Shown here piece by piece: positions 50,354-59,126 of a stretch of DNA of 64,000 nucleotides. The notes beneath the pieces were generated by a model that saw only the letters and a program-made list of their open reading frames with translations, was not told where the DNA came from and did no database searches. The DNA is taken from the NCBI GenBank assembly GCA_900542165.1, contig UQMM01000002.1:8012-72011 (forward strand), given 5' to 3'. The stretch's first letter is position 1. Each line of letters begins with the position of its first letter. The position numbers and the translations under genes are program-made. The stretch is from an uncultured Collinsella sp. GTDB taxonomy: Bacteria; Actinomycetota; Coriobacteriia; Coriobacteriales; Coriobacteriaceae.

Positions 50354-51034
50354 ATGCGGGTTTTGATCACGGGCGCTTCGGGCGGTATCGGAGCCGCGTG
50401 CGTGCAGCGCTTTTTGGACGAGGGCCACGAGGTCGTGGGCTTTGATCTGCTGCCGGCGGCGATCGAACACGAGCGCTACCGCCATCTGATCGTTGACGTC
50501 CGCGAGCCGGACTCGTTTCCAGTTGACCTTGAACCCCAGGTAATCGTCAACGTTGCCGGTACGCAGGATTCGGCCGACGACATCGCCGCCAACCTGTGTG
50601 GCACCATCAACGTGACCGAGCGCTACGCCTTTGTGGGGGAGGGGCTTGCCGCCAAGCCGACGCCGGCTATTAAATCCGTGGTCAATGTGGGGTCGGCGAG
50701 CGGGCATACGGGATCGGAGTTTCCCGCCTATGCTGCCAGCAAGGGCGGCGTTATCGCCTACACCAAAAACCTTGCAAACCGCCTGGCGCCGCAGGCCATC
50801 GCCAACAGTGTGGACCCGGGTGGCGTTATCACGCCGCTCAACCGTTGTGTGATGGAAGACGAGCACCTGTGGAACCAGATTATGGAGCTCACGCCGCTTA
50901 AACGCTGGGCTACCGCCCAAGAGATCGCCGAGTGGATTTACTTTGTGGGCGTGACCAACCGGTTTATGACCGGGCAGAGCCTGTTGATCGATGGCGGCGA
51001 GGCCGGCCGCACACAATTTATTTGGCCCGAATAG
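50354..51034 (+). CDS. Short-chain dehydrogenase/reductase
   Basis: TGASGGIG, NVAG, YAASK, MTGQSLLIDGG. Confidence 0.92.
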   Translation: MRVLITGASGGIGAACVQRFLDEGHEVVGFDLLPAAIEHERYRHLIVDVREPDSFPVDLEPQVIVNVAGTQDSADDIAANLCGTINVTERYAFVGEGLAAKPTPAIKSVVNVGSASGHTGSEFPAYAASKGGVIAYTKNLANRLAPQAIANSVDPGGVITPLNRCVMEDEHLWNQIMELTPLKRWATAQEIAEWIYFVGVTNRFMTGQSLLIDGGEAGRTQFIWPE

Positions 51035-51035
51035 G

Positions 51036-51071
51036 AAACGCGCCCGATGGAAAGCCGTCGGGCGCGTTTTT
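51036..51071. terminator. Bidirectional intrinsic terminator
   Basis: AAACGCGCCCGATGG-AAAG-CCGTCGGGCGCGTTTTT. Confidence 0.8.
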
Positions 51072-51084
51072 GATGCATCGATTT

Positions 51085-51810
51085 TTAGCCGATGCAAGTC
51101 CAGTTGACGGGGGTCGAGCCGTACTGTTCGAGTAGCCGATTAGCTGCTGAGAAGGGACGCGACCCCATAAAGGCGGGGAGTTCTGCCGTGGCACGGTTGG
51201 CCGAAAGCGGCGAGGGGTGTGTAGAGGCCAAGCAAAACTTGCCGGTTGCCTTGCCCGCGCCGGTAGCGGCGAGCTTGCCTTCGACCATCTGCTGGGCAAA
51301 GCGACCCCATGCCAAAAAGACTACCGGTTGGGGCAGCTGGCAGCAGCGTTCGATAACATAGTCGGTCAGGGTGCTCCAGCCCAGTTTGGCGTGCGAGTTC
51401 GCGGCGTGTTCGCGCACGGTGAGCGTAGTGTTGAGAAGCAGGACGCCCTGCTGTGCCCATGGGGTTAGGTCTCCCGTAGCGGGAATGGGGCAACCCAGAT
51501 CGGCTTTGAGTTCCTTATAGATGTTACGCAGGCTCGGCGGCAATTTGGTTTGCGTCGCGGGGACCGAGAACGACAGCCCCATTGCCTGGTTGGGTCCGTG
51601 ATAGGGATCTTGACCCAAGATGACAACCTCGACCTGGTCGGCCGGCGTGTAGGCGAGGGCATTGAGGATGTCGTCTTGTGCCGGGTAGATGGTCTGCTCG
51701 GCACGCAAAAGGGCGATGCGCCCGAGCAGCTGGTTCGTAGTGTCACGTACCGGCTGCGGCGCATCGCCCAACCAAGTTGCTATGTTGCGGTCGCGGGTCG
51801 CGGCGTCCAT
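51085..51810 (-). CDS. ung: Uracil-DNA glycosylase (family 1)
   Basis: GQDPYH, GLSFSV, LPPSLRNIYKEL, GVLLLN, HPSPLS. Confidence 0.97.
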   Translation of the reverse strand: MDAATRDRNIATWLGDAPQPVRDTTNQLLGRIALLRAEQTIYPAQDDILNALAYTPADQVEVVILGQDPYHGPNQAMGLSFSVPATQTKLPPSLRNIYKELKADLGCPIPATGDLTPWAQQGVLLLNTTLTVREHAANSHAKLGWSTLTDYVIERCCQLPQPVVFLAWGRFAQQMVEGKLAATGAGKATGKFCLASTHPSPLSANRATAELPAFMGSRPFSAANRLLEQYGSTPVNWTCIG

Positions 51811-51897
51811 GGGGCTCCTTTACGTCAGATGCTCTGTCGGTATCTATTGTAAAGGCGTCCGGAGACCTTTATGCCACGGCTACAAAAGGTGAGGCGC

Positions 51898-52806
51898 TTA
51901 CGAGGCTCGCTCGGGCGTTCCTGCCATGCGGGCATGGTCGTGAGCATGCGCATGAAGTCGCGGGAGCTGCACGGTTGCCGCCATGACGCCGGTTAGGATG
52001 AGGGCGGCGCCAAAGAAGGCGATGGGGCTCAGGACCTCGCCAACCAAGAAGAACGAAAAGACGGCGGAGCAGACCGGCTCGAGCGAGAAGGCGAAGCCGG
52101 TGGTCTCGGCAGGCACGTGGGGCTGCACGAGTGTTTGGGTGATAAAGCCGTAGGCAGAGCAGATGAGTGCGAGCGCGACGACAACGACGATCTCGCTGGG
52201 CGTGCTGGGAAGCGTGAAGCCGCCAAAGACGCATGCGGCAATGCCCGAGAACAGGCCGCCAAAGCCCAGCTGCCAAACGCCCAGAGCAAGCGGATCGACT
52301 TCTTCGACAAAGCGCTTGGCTACGATAATGTGGCCGGCATAGATAAAAGCGGAGAGCAGCATGATGAGCGCGCCCGGATTCAGGCTGGTGAAGTCGGTGC
52401 CCGAGAGCAGCAACATGCCGCAGGTGACGATGGCGGTGCCGATGAGCACTTTGCGCTCGGGGGCGCGGCGCAGCAGGGCGGCGTTGGCAAACGGCACGAT
52501 CACGACCGTCAGGCTCTGCAAAAAGCCGGCAGTGGAGGCAGAGGTGAGGCTGGAGCCCAGGCACATGCAGGTGAGCTCGGTTGCCATGATGGCGCCGATG
52601 ATGGCGGCGCGAACCATAAGGTCGCGGTTGATGCGGAACGCGCGCTTGTGGAAGAGCAGCAGGCAGACCACAAAGGCGATGATGCAGCGTAGCGCGACGA
52701 TGCTCGTGGCGTTCATGCTGTCCATGCCGATCTTCATGAGAGGGTACGAAAAGCCCCATGCGACGGGAACGGAAAATGAGAGCGCGATTGCTTTTTTGCG
52801 ATCCAT
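51898..52806 (-). CDS. DMT/EamA transporter
   Basis: About 10 TM; AWGFSY, SLEPV; divergent from LysR. Confidence 0.9.
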   Translation of the reverse strand: MDRKKAIALSFSVPVAWGFSYPLMKIGMDSMNATSIVALRCIIAFVVCLLLFHKRAFRINRDLMVRAAIIGAIMATELTCMCLGSSLTSASTAGFLQSLTVVIVPFANAALLRRAPERKVLIGTAIVTCGMLLLSGTDFTSLNPGALIMLLSAFIYAGHIIVAKRFVEEVDPLALGVWQLGFGGLFSGIAACVFGGFTLPSTPSEIVVVVALALICSAYGFITQTLVQPHVPAETTGFAFSLEPVCSAVFSFFLVGEVLSPIAFFGAALILTGVMAATVQLPRLHAHAHDHARMAGTPERAS

Positions 52807-52964
52807 GGGACTCCTTTTGTTACAGAACGGTTTCGTACAAAGGATTCTGCTCCCAGATGTGGATGTAGTAAAGCGAATGTATCTTCAGTATGATTAAGAA
52901 ATGCTAAAGTAGGCGCGAAAAGCGCTGACAAAACGTTTTACGGCTGCATTGATGTGGAGGCACG

Positions 52965-53831
52965 ATGACATCGCGGTATCAGATTGTTTGTATGGTGGTC
53001 GATCGCGGCAGTCTTAAGGGCGCGGCGGACGAGCTGGGCTATACGCAAAGTGCGGTGAGCCAGGCCGTCAAAGCGCTCGAGCGCGAGCTGGGTACCACGC
53101 TTATCGAGCGCGGAAAGCAGGGCGTTACGCTTACGCGCGACGGTAAACAATATCTGCCGTACCTGCGCCAGATCGTGACTGCCGAGGCCGAGCTCGAGGG
53201 CAAGCGCCAGGAGCTGCTGGGGCTTTCGTCGACCGATATTCGCATTGCGACGTTTACCAACGTGAGTCGAACCGTGTTGCCGCGCGTGATCCGCGACTTT
53301 GGGGCCCTGCATCCGGGCGTGCACTTTACCCTCAAGCAGGGCGATTACACGCGCAACGCCCAGTGGGTGCACGATGGCGTGGTTGACTTTTGCTTTACGG
53401 CACGCGGGTTTACCGCTGGTCTCGAGAAGCGCGTGGTCTATCACGACGAGTTGGTAGCATTATTGCCGGCCGCGCATCCACTGACGGCAAAGGAAAAGGT
53501 GACACTCGCCGACCTGGCGTCCGAGCCGTTTGTGCTGCTGGATGAGGGCGAACAGAGCCTGGTGCTCGATGCATTTGCTGCGCATGGCCTGTCGCCGTAT
53601 GTGACGAGTGAGGTGACCGACGACTACACCATCATGGCGATGGTGGAGGAGGGCCTAGGCGTGAGCATGCTATATCGCCGTACCGTTGAGGGCATGCGAG
53701 CCGATATTCGCGTGCGGCCCATCGTGCACGCTCCCTCGCGCGACGTAGTAGCGGCCTGGCGCAGCTGGGATACCATGCCCATCGCCACGAGGCGCTTTAT
53801 CGACTATATGAGCTCGCATATTGTCAATTAA
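52965..53831 (+). CDS. LysR-family regulator
   Basis: GSLKGAADELGYTQSAVSQAVKALERELG. Confidence 0.93.
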   Translation: MTSRYQIVCMVVDRGSLKGAADELGYTQSAVSQAVKALERELGTTLIERGKQGVTLTRDGKQYLPYLRQIVTAEAELEGKRQELLGLSSTDIRIATFTNVSRTVLPRVIRDFGALHPGVHFTLKQGDYTRNAQWVHDGVVDFCFTARGFTAGLEKRVVYHDELVALLPAAHPLTAKEKVTLADLASEPFVLLDEGEQSLVLDAFAAHGLSPYVTSEVTDDYTIMAMVEEGLGVSMLYRRTVEGMRADIRVRPIVHAPSRDVVAAWRSWDTMPIATRRFIDYMSSHIVN

Positions 53832-53858
53832 TGACTGGCGTGGCGTTGAGTGCGGTGT

Positions 53859-55241
53859 TTAGCGGGCAGCCGCTTTGGCTTGGGTGGCGCGATAGGTGCG
53901 TGCCGGGTGGCAGAGTAGTACCGCCACGACCATAAAGAACGCCGTGGTGCCCAGGCTGATGGGGTAGACCATCATGATGTTCGCAAAGGTGCGGAAGTGC
54001 GGGAACACGCAAAACACCCAATAGAAGCGGATGCCGCAGACGCAGATCATGGTGATGAGGGCGGGCGTGAGCGAGATGCCAAAGCCGCGCAGGTAGCCTG
54101 ACATGTTTTCGTAGAACATGCTAAAGGCGTACGCCGGGAAGATCGAGCACACGCGGATATAGCCGATCGAGACGATGTTGGGATCGCTGTTGAACAGCGA
54201 CAAGATCTCGCGCCCCAGGCCGACAATAACGATAATCGTGGTGAGCGCGACGATACCGCCTTCGACCAGGCAGACCTTGAGCGTCTTGGTACAGCGGTCG
54301 ATCTGGCGGGCACCGTGGTTTTGTCCTACAAAGGTGGTACAAGCCTGGCTAAAGCTGTTGAGCAGGTTGTAGCATACGTACTCCAAGCTCATAGCGGCGC
54401 TCGATGCCGCCATGACCTCGGTGCCCAGGCTGTTGATGGCAGACTGGATGATGATGTTGGCGACGGCAAAGACGGCGCTTTGGATTCCGGCGGGCAGGCC
54501 GATCTTGACGATGCGCTTGAGGGCGACGGGGTCGATAGCCAGGTCGCGTAGGGTGACGCGGACGACGGAGTCGGTCTTGAGCAGGCGGATAAAGAGCGTG
54601 GCGGCGCTGACGGTGTAGGCGATGGCGGTGGCGATGGCGACGCCCGCGACGCCCCAGTGGAGTACGGGGACAAAGATGAGGTCCAGGCCAATGTTGAGGA
54701 CGGTGGACACGGCAAGCGCCTGCAGCGGCATGCGGGTGATGCCGACGGAGCGGAAGATCGCGGCCTCAAAGTTGTAGAGCAAGATCGAGGGCATGCTGAG
54801 CAAAAAGACACGTAGGTAGAGCGAAGCGAGCGGCATGGTCTCGGCAGGGACGTTGAGCGCGGCGAGCATAGGCTCGGCAAAGATCTCGCCCAGCGCGATG
54901 ACGACAAAACCCACGAGCGCCATTAAAATCGAGGTATGGACGGCGCGTTTGACCATGTTTTGGTCGTTGCGGCCGATAGCGTTGGCGATGACCACGTTGG
55001 AGCCAAGCGACATGCCAATAAACAGGTTGAGCATAAGACTGGTAAGCGGAACATTGGAGCCGACCGCCGCCATGGCGAGGGTTCCCTGGTCGCCCGAGAA
55101 GTTACCGATGATGACCGTGGCGATGAGGTTCGACAGCTGCTCCAAGATGCTCGTGGCGGCTACGGGGAAGGCGAACAGGGGAATATTGCGCCACAGCGAG
55201 CCGGTGGTCATATCGATGTGCTTAGATGCGGTATCAGCCAT
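53859..55241 (-). CDS. MATE family efflux transporter
   Basis: DMTTGSLW, AMAAVG, LNIGLDLIFV...GVAGVAIAT, FVGQNHGA. Confidence 0.93.
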   Translation of the reverse strand: MADTASKHIDMTTGSLWRNIPLFAFPVAATSILEQLSNLIATVIIGNFSGDQGTLAMAAVGSNVPLTSLMLNLFIGMSLGSNVVIANAIGRNDQNMVKRAVHTSILMALVGFVVIALGEIFAEPMLAALNVPAETMPLASLYLRVFLLSMPSILLYNFEAAIFRSVGITRMPLQALAVSTVLNIGLDLIFVPVLHWGVAGVAIATAIAYTVSAATLFIRLLKTDSVVRVTLRDLAIDPVALKRIVKIGLPAGIQSAVFAVANIIIQSAINSLGTEVMAASSAAMSLEYVCYNLLNSFSQACTTFVGQNHGARQIDRCTKTLKVCLVEGGIVALTTIIVIVGLGREILSLFNSDPNIVSIGYIRVCSIFPAYAFSMFYENMSGYLRGFGISLTPALITMICVCGIRFYWVFCVFPHFRTFANIMMVYPISLGTTAFFMVVAVLLCHPARTYRATQAKAAAR

Positions 55242-55302
55242 ACGCTCTCAATCTCTAACATGCTCTTTCGTGCTTATTTGCGCAGACGATGATACTCCTA
55301 AT

Positions 55303-55363
55303 CGACTAGTCGTTGGGGGCGTTCTTAAACGACTAGTCATTCAAGAACGTCTCCAATGACTAG
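55303..55363. repeat. REP-like family 1 copy
   Basis: GACTAGTCGTTGGGGGCGTTCTTAAAC-GACTAGTC-ATTCAAGAACGTCTCCAATGACTAG. Confidence 0.88.
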
Positions 55364-55419
55364 GTGGGGGAGGCGTGAGACAATGGTGGGCGTTGTGTTG
55401 TTCACGCTAAGGAGTTGCC

Positions 55420-56235
55420 ATGTTGTTGTGTCCCGTTTGCCATGAGCCGCTGGTGGACAATGAGCGCGGTGCTGCATGCGCGGGCGGACACCGGTTTGAC
55501 CGTGCGCGCGAGGGCTATCTATATCTGCTGCGCTCGTCCAAGAGCGGCGACTCCATGGGCGATCCCAAGTCGCAGGCACGCAGCCGTCGCGACTTTCTGA
55601 ACCGCGGTTACTATGCGCCGTTGCGCGATGCGATGGTTGAGCTGGTGCGCAAGCAGGCGTCTGGGCGTGCTGCGTCTACGAACGGCCCCATGACGTTGCT
55701 CGATATTTGCTGCGGCGAGGGCTACTACACCAGCGCCATGGGCGCGGTGCCGGGTGTGGATGCTTACGGTTTCGACCTGGGCAAAGAGATGGTGCGCCTT
55801 GCCGCCAAGTGCGGCGACGCGACCTACTTCGTGGCCAACATGAAGGACATCCCCGTGGCTGATGGCGCCTTCGATATGGTGACCGAGCTCTTCGCTCCCT
55901 TTAACGAGCGTGAGTTTGCCCGCGTGCTGGCGCCAGAGGGCTCACTCTATACCGTGGTGCCGGGTGCCCGTCATTTGTTTGGGCTCAAGGAGGTGCTCTA
56001 CGACACGCCATATCTTAATGACGAGAAGCTGCCGCAGACCACCGAGCTCGAGTTGGTCGGAACGCAGCGGGTGTCTGCGAATATTACGCTTCAGACCCAA
56101 GCGGACATCGAGGCGGTGTTCCAGATGACGCCGTACTACTACCGCACGCGCCCCGCCGACAAAGAGCGCCTGGCAAACCTCGATACCCTTCAGACTGACA
56201 TCGACTTCATCATCGCCGAGTACCGCCACAGCTAA
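55420..56235 (+). CDS. RlmA-like rRNA (guanine-N1) methyltransferase
   Basis: CPVC...C..GH zinc finger, FDRAREGY, LDICCGEGYY, MTPYYY. Confidence 0.88.
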   Translation: MLLCPVCHEPLVDNERGAACAGGHRFDRAREGYLYLLRSSKSGDSMGDPKSQARSRRDFLNRGYYAPLRDAMVELVRKQASGRAASTNGPMTLLDICCGEGYYTSAMGAVPGVDAYGFDLGKEMVRLAAKCGDATYFVANMKDIPVADGAFDMVTELFAPFNEREFARVLAPEGSLYTVVPGARHLFGLKEVLYDTPYLNDEKLPQTTELELVGTQRVSANITLQTQADIEAVFQMTPYYYRTRPADKERLANLDTLQTDIDFIIAEYRHS

Positions 56236-56289
56236 CAACCTGCCAAAAAGGGACAGGTTTATTTTGGTAGGTTTTATCTGGGCAAACGT

Positions 56290-56327
56290 AAAGGGCCGAC
56301 CGCGGAGATGCGCGATCGGCCCTTTTT
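56290..56327. terminator. Bidirectional terminator
   Basis: AAAGGGCCGA...TCGGCCCTTTTT between convergent genes. Confidence 0.75.
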
Positions 56328-56363
56328 AGTTGCTTGGCTGCAGAGGTTATGAGAAGCGAGCGC

Positions 56364-56765
56364 TTATAGGCGGTCCTTGTTCTCGGCCTTAACGGCGTGT
56401 GCCTGCTGAACAAAGAACAGGTCGTACACCACGATGACAAAGGCGCCAAAGTTGATGGCGTCGCCGCCAAACGCGGGAAGCGTGAGCACCGCTTGGGCAA
56501 GCGTGGCGACCGCGGCAACAATACCGAGCTTAAACGCGCCGTCCACCTGCGAAGGCTTGTTGGCGCCCTTGATACCGGCGACGCCTGCGGCAAGGTCGAC
56601 GAGACCCTTGGCGATAAGCACGACCGCTGCGAGCGTGGCGTACGAACCGTACGTGGAATCGAGACCGCCCGTGGCGATACCGACGCCGGCGGTGACGAGG
56701 CTGGCGATACCCAAAACAAAGTAGATGAGAGCAAGGATTTTGAGAGTCTTGCGAGTGAAGCTCAT
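56364..56765 (-). CDS. Hypothetical 4-TM membrane protein
   Basis: AAAGGA RBS; four hydrophobic segments. Confidence 0.75.
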   Translation of the reverse strand: MSFTRKTLKILALIYFVLGIASLVTAGVGIATGGLDSTYGSYATLAAVVLIAKGLVDLAAGVAGIKGANKPSQVDGAFKLGIVAAVATLAQAVLTLPAFGGDAINFGAFVIVVYDLFFVQQAHAVKAENKDRL

Positions 56766-56998
56766 GGCTGGTCCTTTCGATACGAGTACGCCAACTTGGC
56801 GCACCCAATGTGCTGCACATATGGTGAAGCACATTGTAGTTCAACGCGGCGATGCATGCGCCTGAAAGCGCTTTGAGCCCGCGCGGCCCAACCCAACCTT
56901 TCAAAAGGGAAAGCTGGACGTAAGCCAAATCGATGGCAGCTCATGTGCGGCGCTGAGATGATGAGGCCGTAACAAGGAGTTGGTCTCAAGGAGGAGCC

Positions 56999-57142
56999 AT
57001 GATGTACGGAGCAGGGCAAGTGCGTGAGCCGCGATCGTTGGGAAGGCGCATGAGTGATTCTGTGATCGCTGCCGTGTGCACGGGATTGATGGCGGTGCTT
57101 TGCATTGGGATGCTGTGGGCCATGTCGCATGTGGGACAATAG
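56999..57142 (+). CDS. Small 47-aa single-TM protein (not in the ORF track)
   Basis: AAGGAGG RBS; MMYGAGQVREPRSLGRRMSDSVIAAVCTGLMAVLCIGMLWAMSHVGQ. Confidence 0.55.
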   Translation: MMYGAGQVREPRSLGRRMSDSVIAAVCTGLMAVLCIGMLWAMSHVGQ

Positions 57143-57205
57143 CGGACGGTTGGGTGCCGGCATAAACGGCGCTCACGTATTCGTTTTGCTTGTTAAGGAG
57201 TACCC

Positions 57206-57910
57206 ATGGGCGTCGTCGATCCCTTTTCTGTTGCTCGGGCCGCGGGGCTTGAGCTGACCGGGAAGCCCGAGGGCCTCACGCTCACCGACGGCACGATGGA
57301 GCTGCGTGCCGATTTTGGCCGCATGCTTCCACGGCTCAAGCAGGGCCGTCTGCAGCAAGAACTGCTGGTAAAGGCTGCGCGCGCAAAAGGCATCGAGAGC
57401 CCATGGGCGATTGACGCCACGGCAGGCTTTGGCGAGGATTCGCTGCTGCTGGCGGCCGCGGGCTTTACCGTCGATCTGTATGAGCAGGATTGCGTGATCG
57501 CGGCGCTCCTCAAGGATGCCCTGGATCGCGCGGCAGATGATCCGGCGCTTGTGGCTGCCGTGTCGCGCATGCGCTTACATGCGGGCGAGGATAGCATTGC
57601 CGGCCTTCGCCATACAGCTGAGCTGATCGGGCAGGGCGAGCTCACCGCTCCTGACGTGGTGTATCTGGACCCCATGTTTCCCGGACGCACCAAGAGCGCG
57701 GCGGTTAAAAAGAAGTTCCAACTCTTGCATCATCTGGAACAGCCGTGCGCCGATGAGGAGACGTTGGTCGAAGCTGCGCTTGCGGTGCACCCGCGCAAGG
57801 TCGTTATCAAGCGACCGGTGAAGGGGCCACTGCTTGCCGGCGTTAAGCCGAGCTATCAACTTGCGGGCAAGGCCGTTCGTTACGATGTTTTGGTGCCGCC
57901 GCGCCCGTAG
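57206..57910 (+). CDS. RsmJ-like SAM-dependent methyltransferase
   Basis: IDATAGFGED, VVYLDPMFP, KVVIKRP, VRYDV. Confidence 0.88.
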   Translation: MGVVDPFSVARAAGLELTGKPEGLTLTDGTMELRADFGRMLPRLKQGRLQQELLVKAARAKGIESPWAIDATAGFGEDSLLLAAAGFTVDLYEQDCVIAALLKDALDRAADDPALVAAVSRMRLHAGEDSIAGLRHTAELIGQGELTAPDVVYLDPMFPGRTKSAAVKKKFQLLHHLEQPCADEETLVEAALAVHPRKVVIKRPVKGPLLAGVKPSYQLAGKAVRYDVLVPPRP

Positions 57911-57958
57911 CTTGCGTGCGATGGCTGGCGCTCCGTCAATGCCGTGCCGATGCAGGGT

Positions 57959-58255
57959 CTATTTCCAAGGGTGCGACGTCAGGTGCCAGCCGCCGCAGTA
58001 TTCGCATTTGTAGCAGGCCAGCCCGCGGCGTCCGCGGTTTTCGCAGTCGGCCATAACGGCCTCGGCCTCGGCGCGCGTGTCGTAACGGTTTTTGCGCCCG
58101 CACGATTTGTAGCGCCAGGCTTCATCGCGCTCGGCGTCCAGGGCGTCGCGGCGATCATTCTCGCGCGCAAACAGGTCGCTCATATCGCCGCCGGTGGCAG
58201 CGCCCAAAAACTCGCTTTTGGCCTTTGACCAGGCGGCTCGCTTTTTGCTTCCCAT
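57959..58255 (-). CDS. Small hypothetical protein with C-terminal zinc-finger-like motif
   Basis: SCGRKNRY...YKCEYCGGWHLT. Confidence 0.7.
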   Translation of the reverse strand: MGSKKRAAWSKAKSEFLGAATGGDMSDLFARENDRRDALDAERDEAWRYKSCGRKNRYDTRAEAEAVMADCENRGRRGLACYKCEYCGGWHLTSHPWK

Positions 58256-58329
58256 CTGCTTCGCACCCTTCTCCAAACGTTGGTATCATTGCCCAATCAA
58301 AGTGATACCAATAAACGTGAGGTCGCCGC

Positions 58330-58821
58330 GTGATGATCAGAAAAACCCTCGATACCGACATTCCCGCCGTCATGGCTATCTATGACGTGGCCCGCGCCTT
58401 TATGCGCGCGCATGGCAACGCCACGCAGTGGCCCGAGGGCACGCCTTCGGCCGAGCAACTGGCTGCCGATATTGCCGCTGACGGCAGTTACGTGTGCGAA
58501 GTCGACGGCCGCGTGGTGGCGACGTTTGCCTTTTTGCCGGGTCCGGACGAGTGCTATGACGTAATTGAGGACGGGCAATGGCGCAGCGATACTCCGTACG
58601 CCGTGTTGCACCGTGTGGCATCCGACGGCACCGTGCACGGTATCGCGGCTGCGATGTTCGCCTTTGCCAAAGAGCGTGCCGACCACCTGCGTATCGATAC
58701 ACATCGGGACAACCTGCCCATGCAGGGCGCGAGTATTAAAGCGGGGTTTGAGCGTGCCGGTGTCGTGCATGTGTCGGACGGCACGCCGCGTGTTGCGTTT
58801 GACTGGCTGCGTGAGGCATAA
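58330..58821 (+). CDS. GNAT-family acetyltransferase
   Basis: HRVASDG...GIA, LRIDTHRDNLPMQ...GF. Confidence 0.88.
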   Translation: MMIRKTLDTDIPAVMAIYDVARAFMRAHGNATQWPEGTPSAEQLAADIAADGSYVCEVDGRVVATFAFLPGPDECYDVIEDGQWRSDTPYAVLHRVASDGTVHGIAAAMFAFAKERADHLRIDTHRDNLPMQGASIKAGFERAGVVHVSDGTPRVAFDWLREA

Positions 58822-59126
58822 AGGCCGAGTCACATACCAGCGTTTCACCGAAATGAAAATGGCCCCGAGTGGGGCCATTTTTGGTAAAACGCGTTGTTGC
58901 GGGGCTTGCGTTGTTATCGCCCCAGATGAGCCCGGGCAGACAAAAAGGGGAGGTGCCGGCTTTCGCAAGGCGCGAACCTACGAAAATCGCCGCGCGGCAA
59001 CGCGGGGCGATGAGCTCGGTCGGGGGATAGGGCTCGCTTCGCCCGCCGGCCCGTAAATTGTATCATCCAGTGTGGAACGAGGACGCCCGTTGCCGCGTGC
59101 GATGGGCTTGCAATAAGAGGAGAGCC

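Noticed and set aside
56880..56945. c-di-GMP-I riboswitch-like words (GGACGTAAGCC, ATGGCAGC)
   Set aside because: The GGCAAA element and a convincing P1/P2/P3 pairing could not be built.
58840..58892. Long hairpin AAAATGGCCCC-GAGT-GGGGCCATTTT as a novel RNA
   Set aside because: Adequately explained as the terminator of the GNAT gene.
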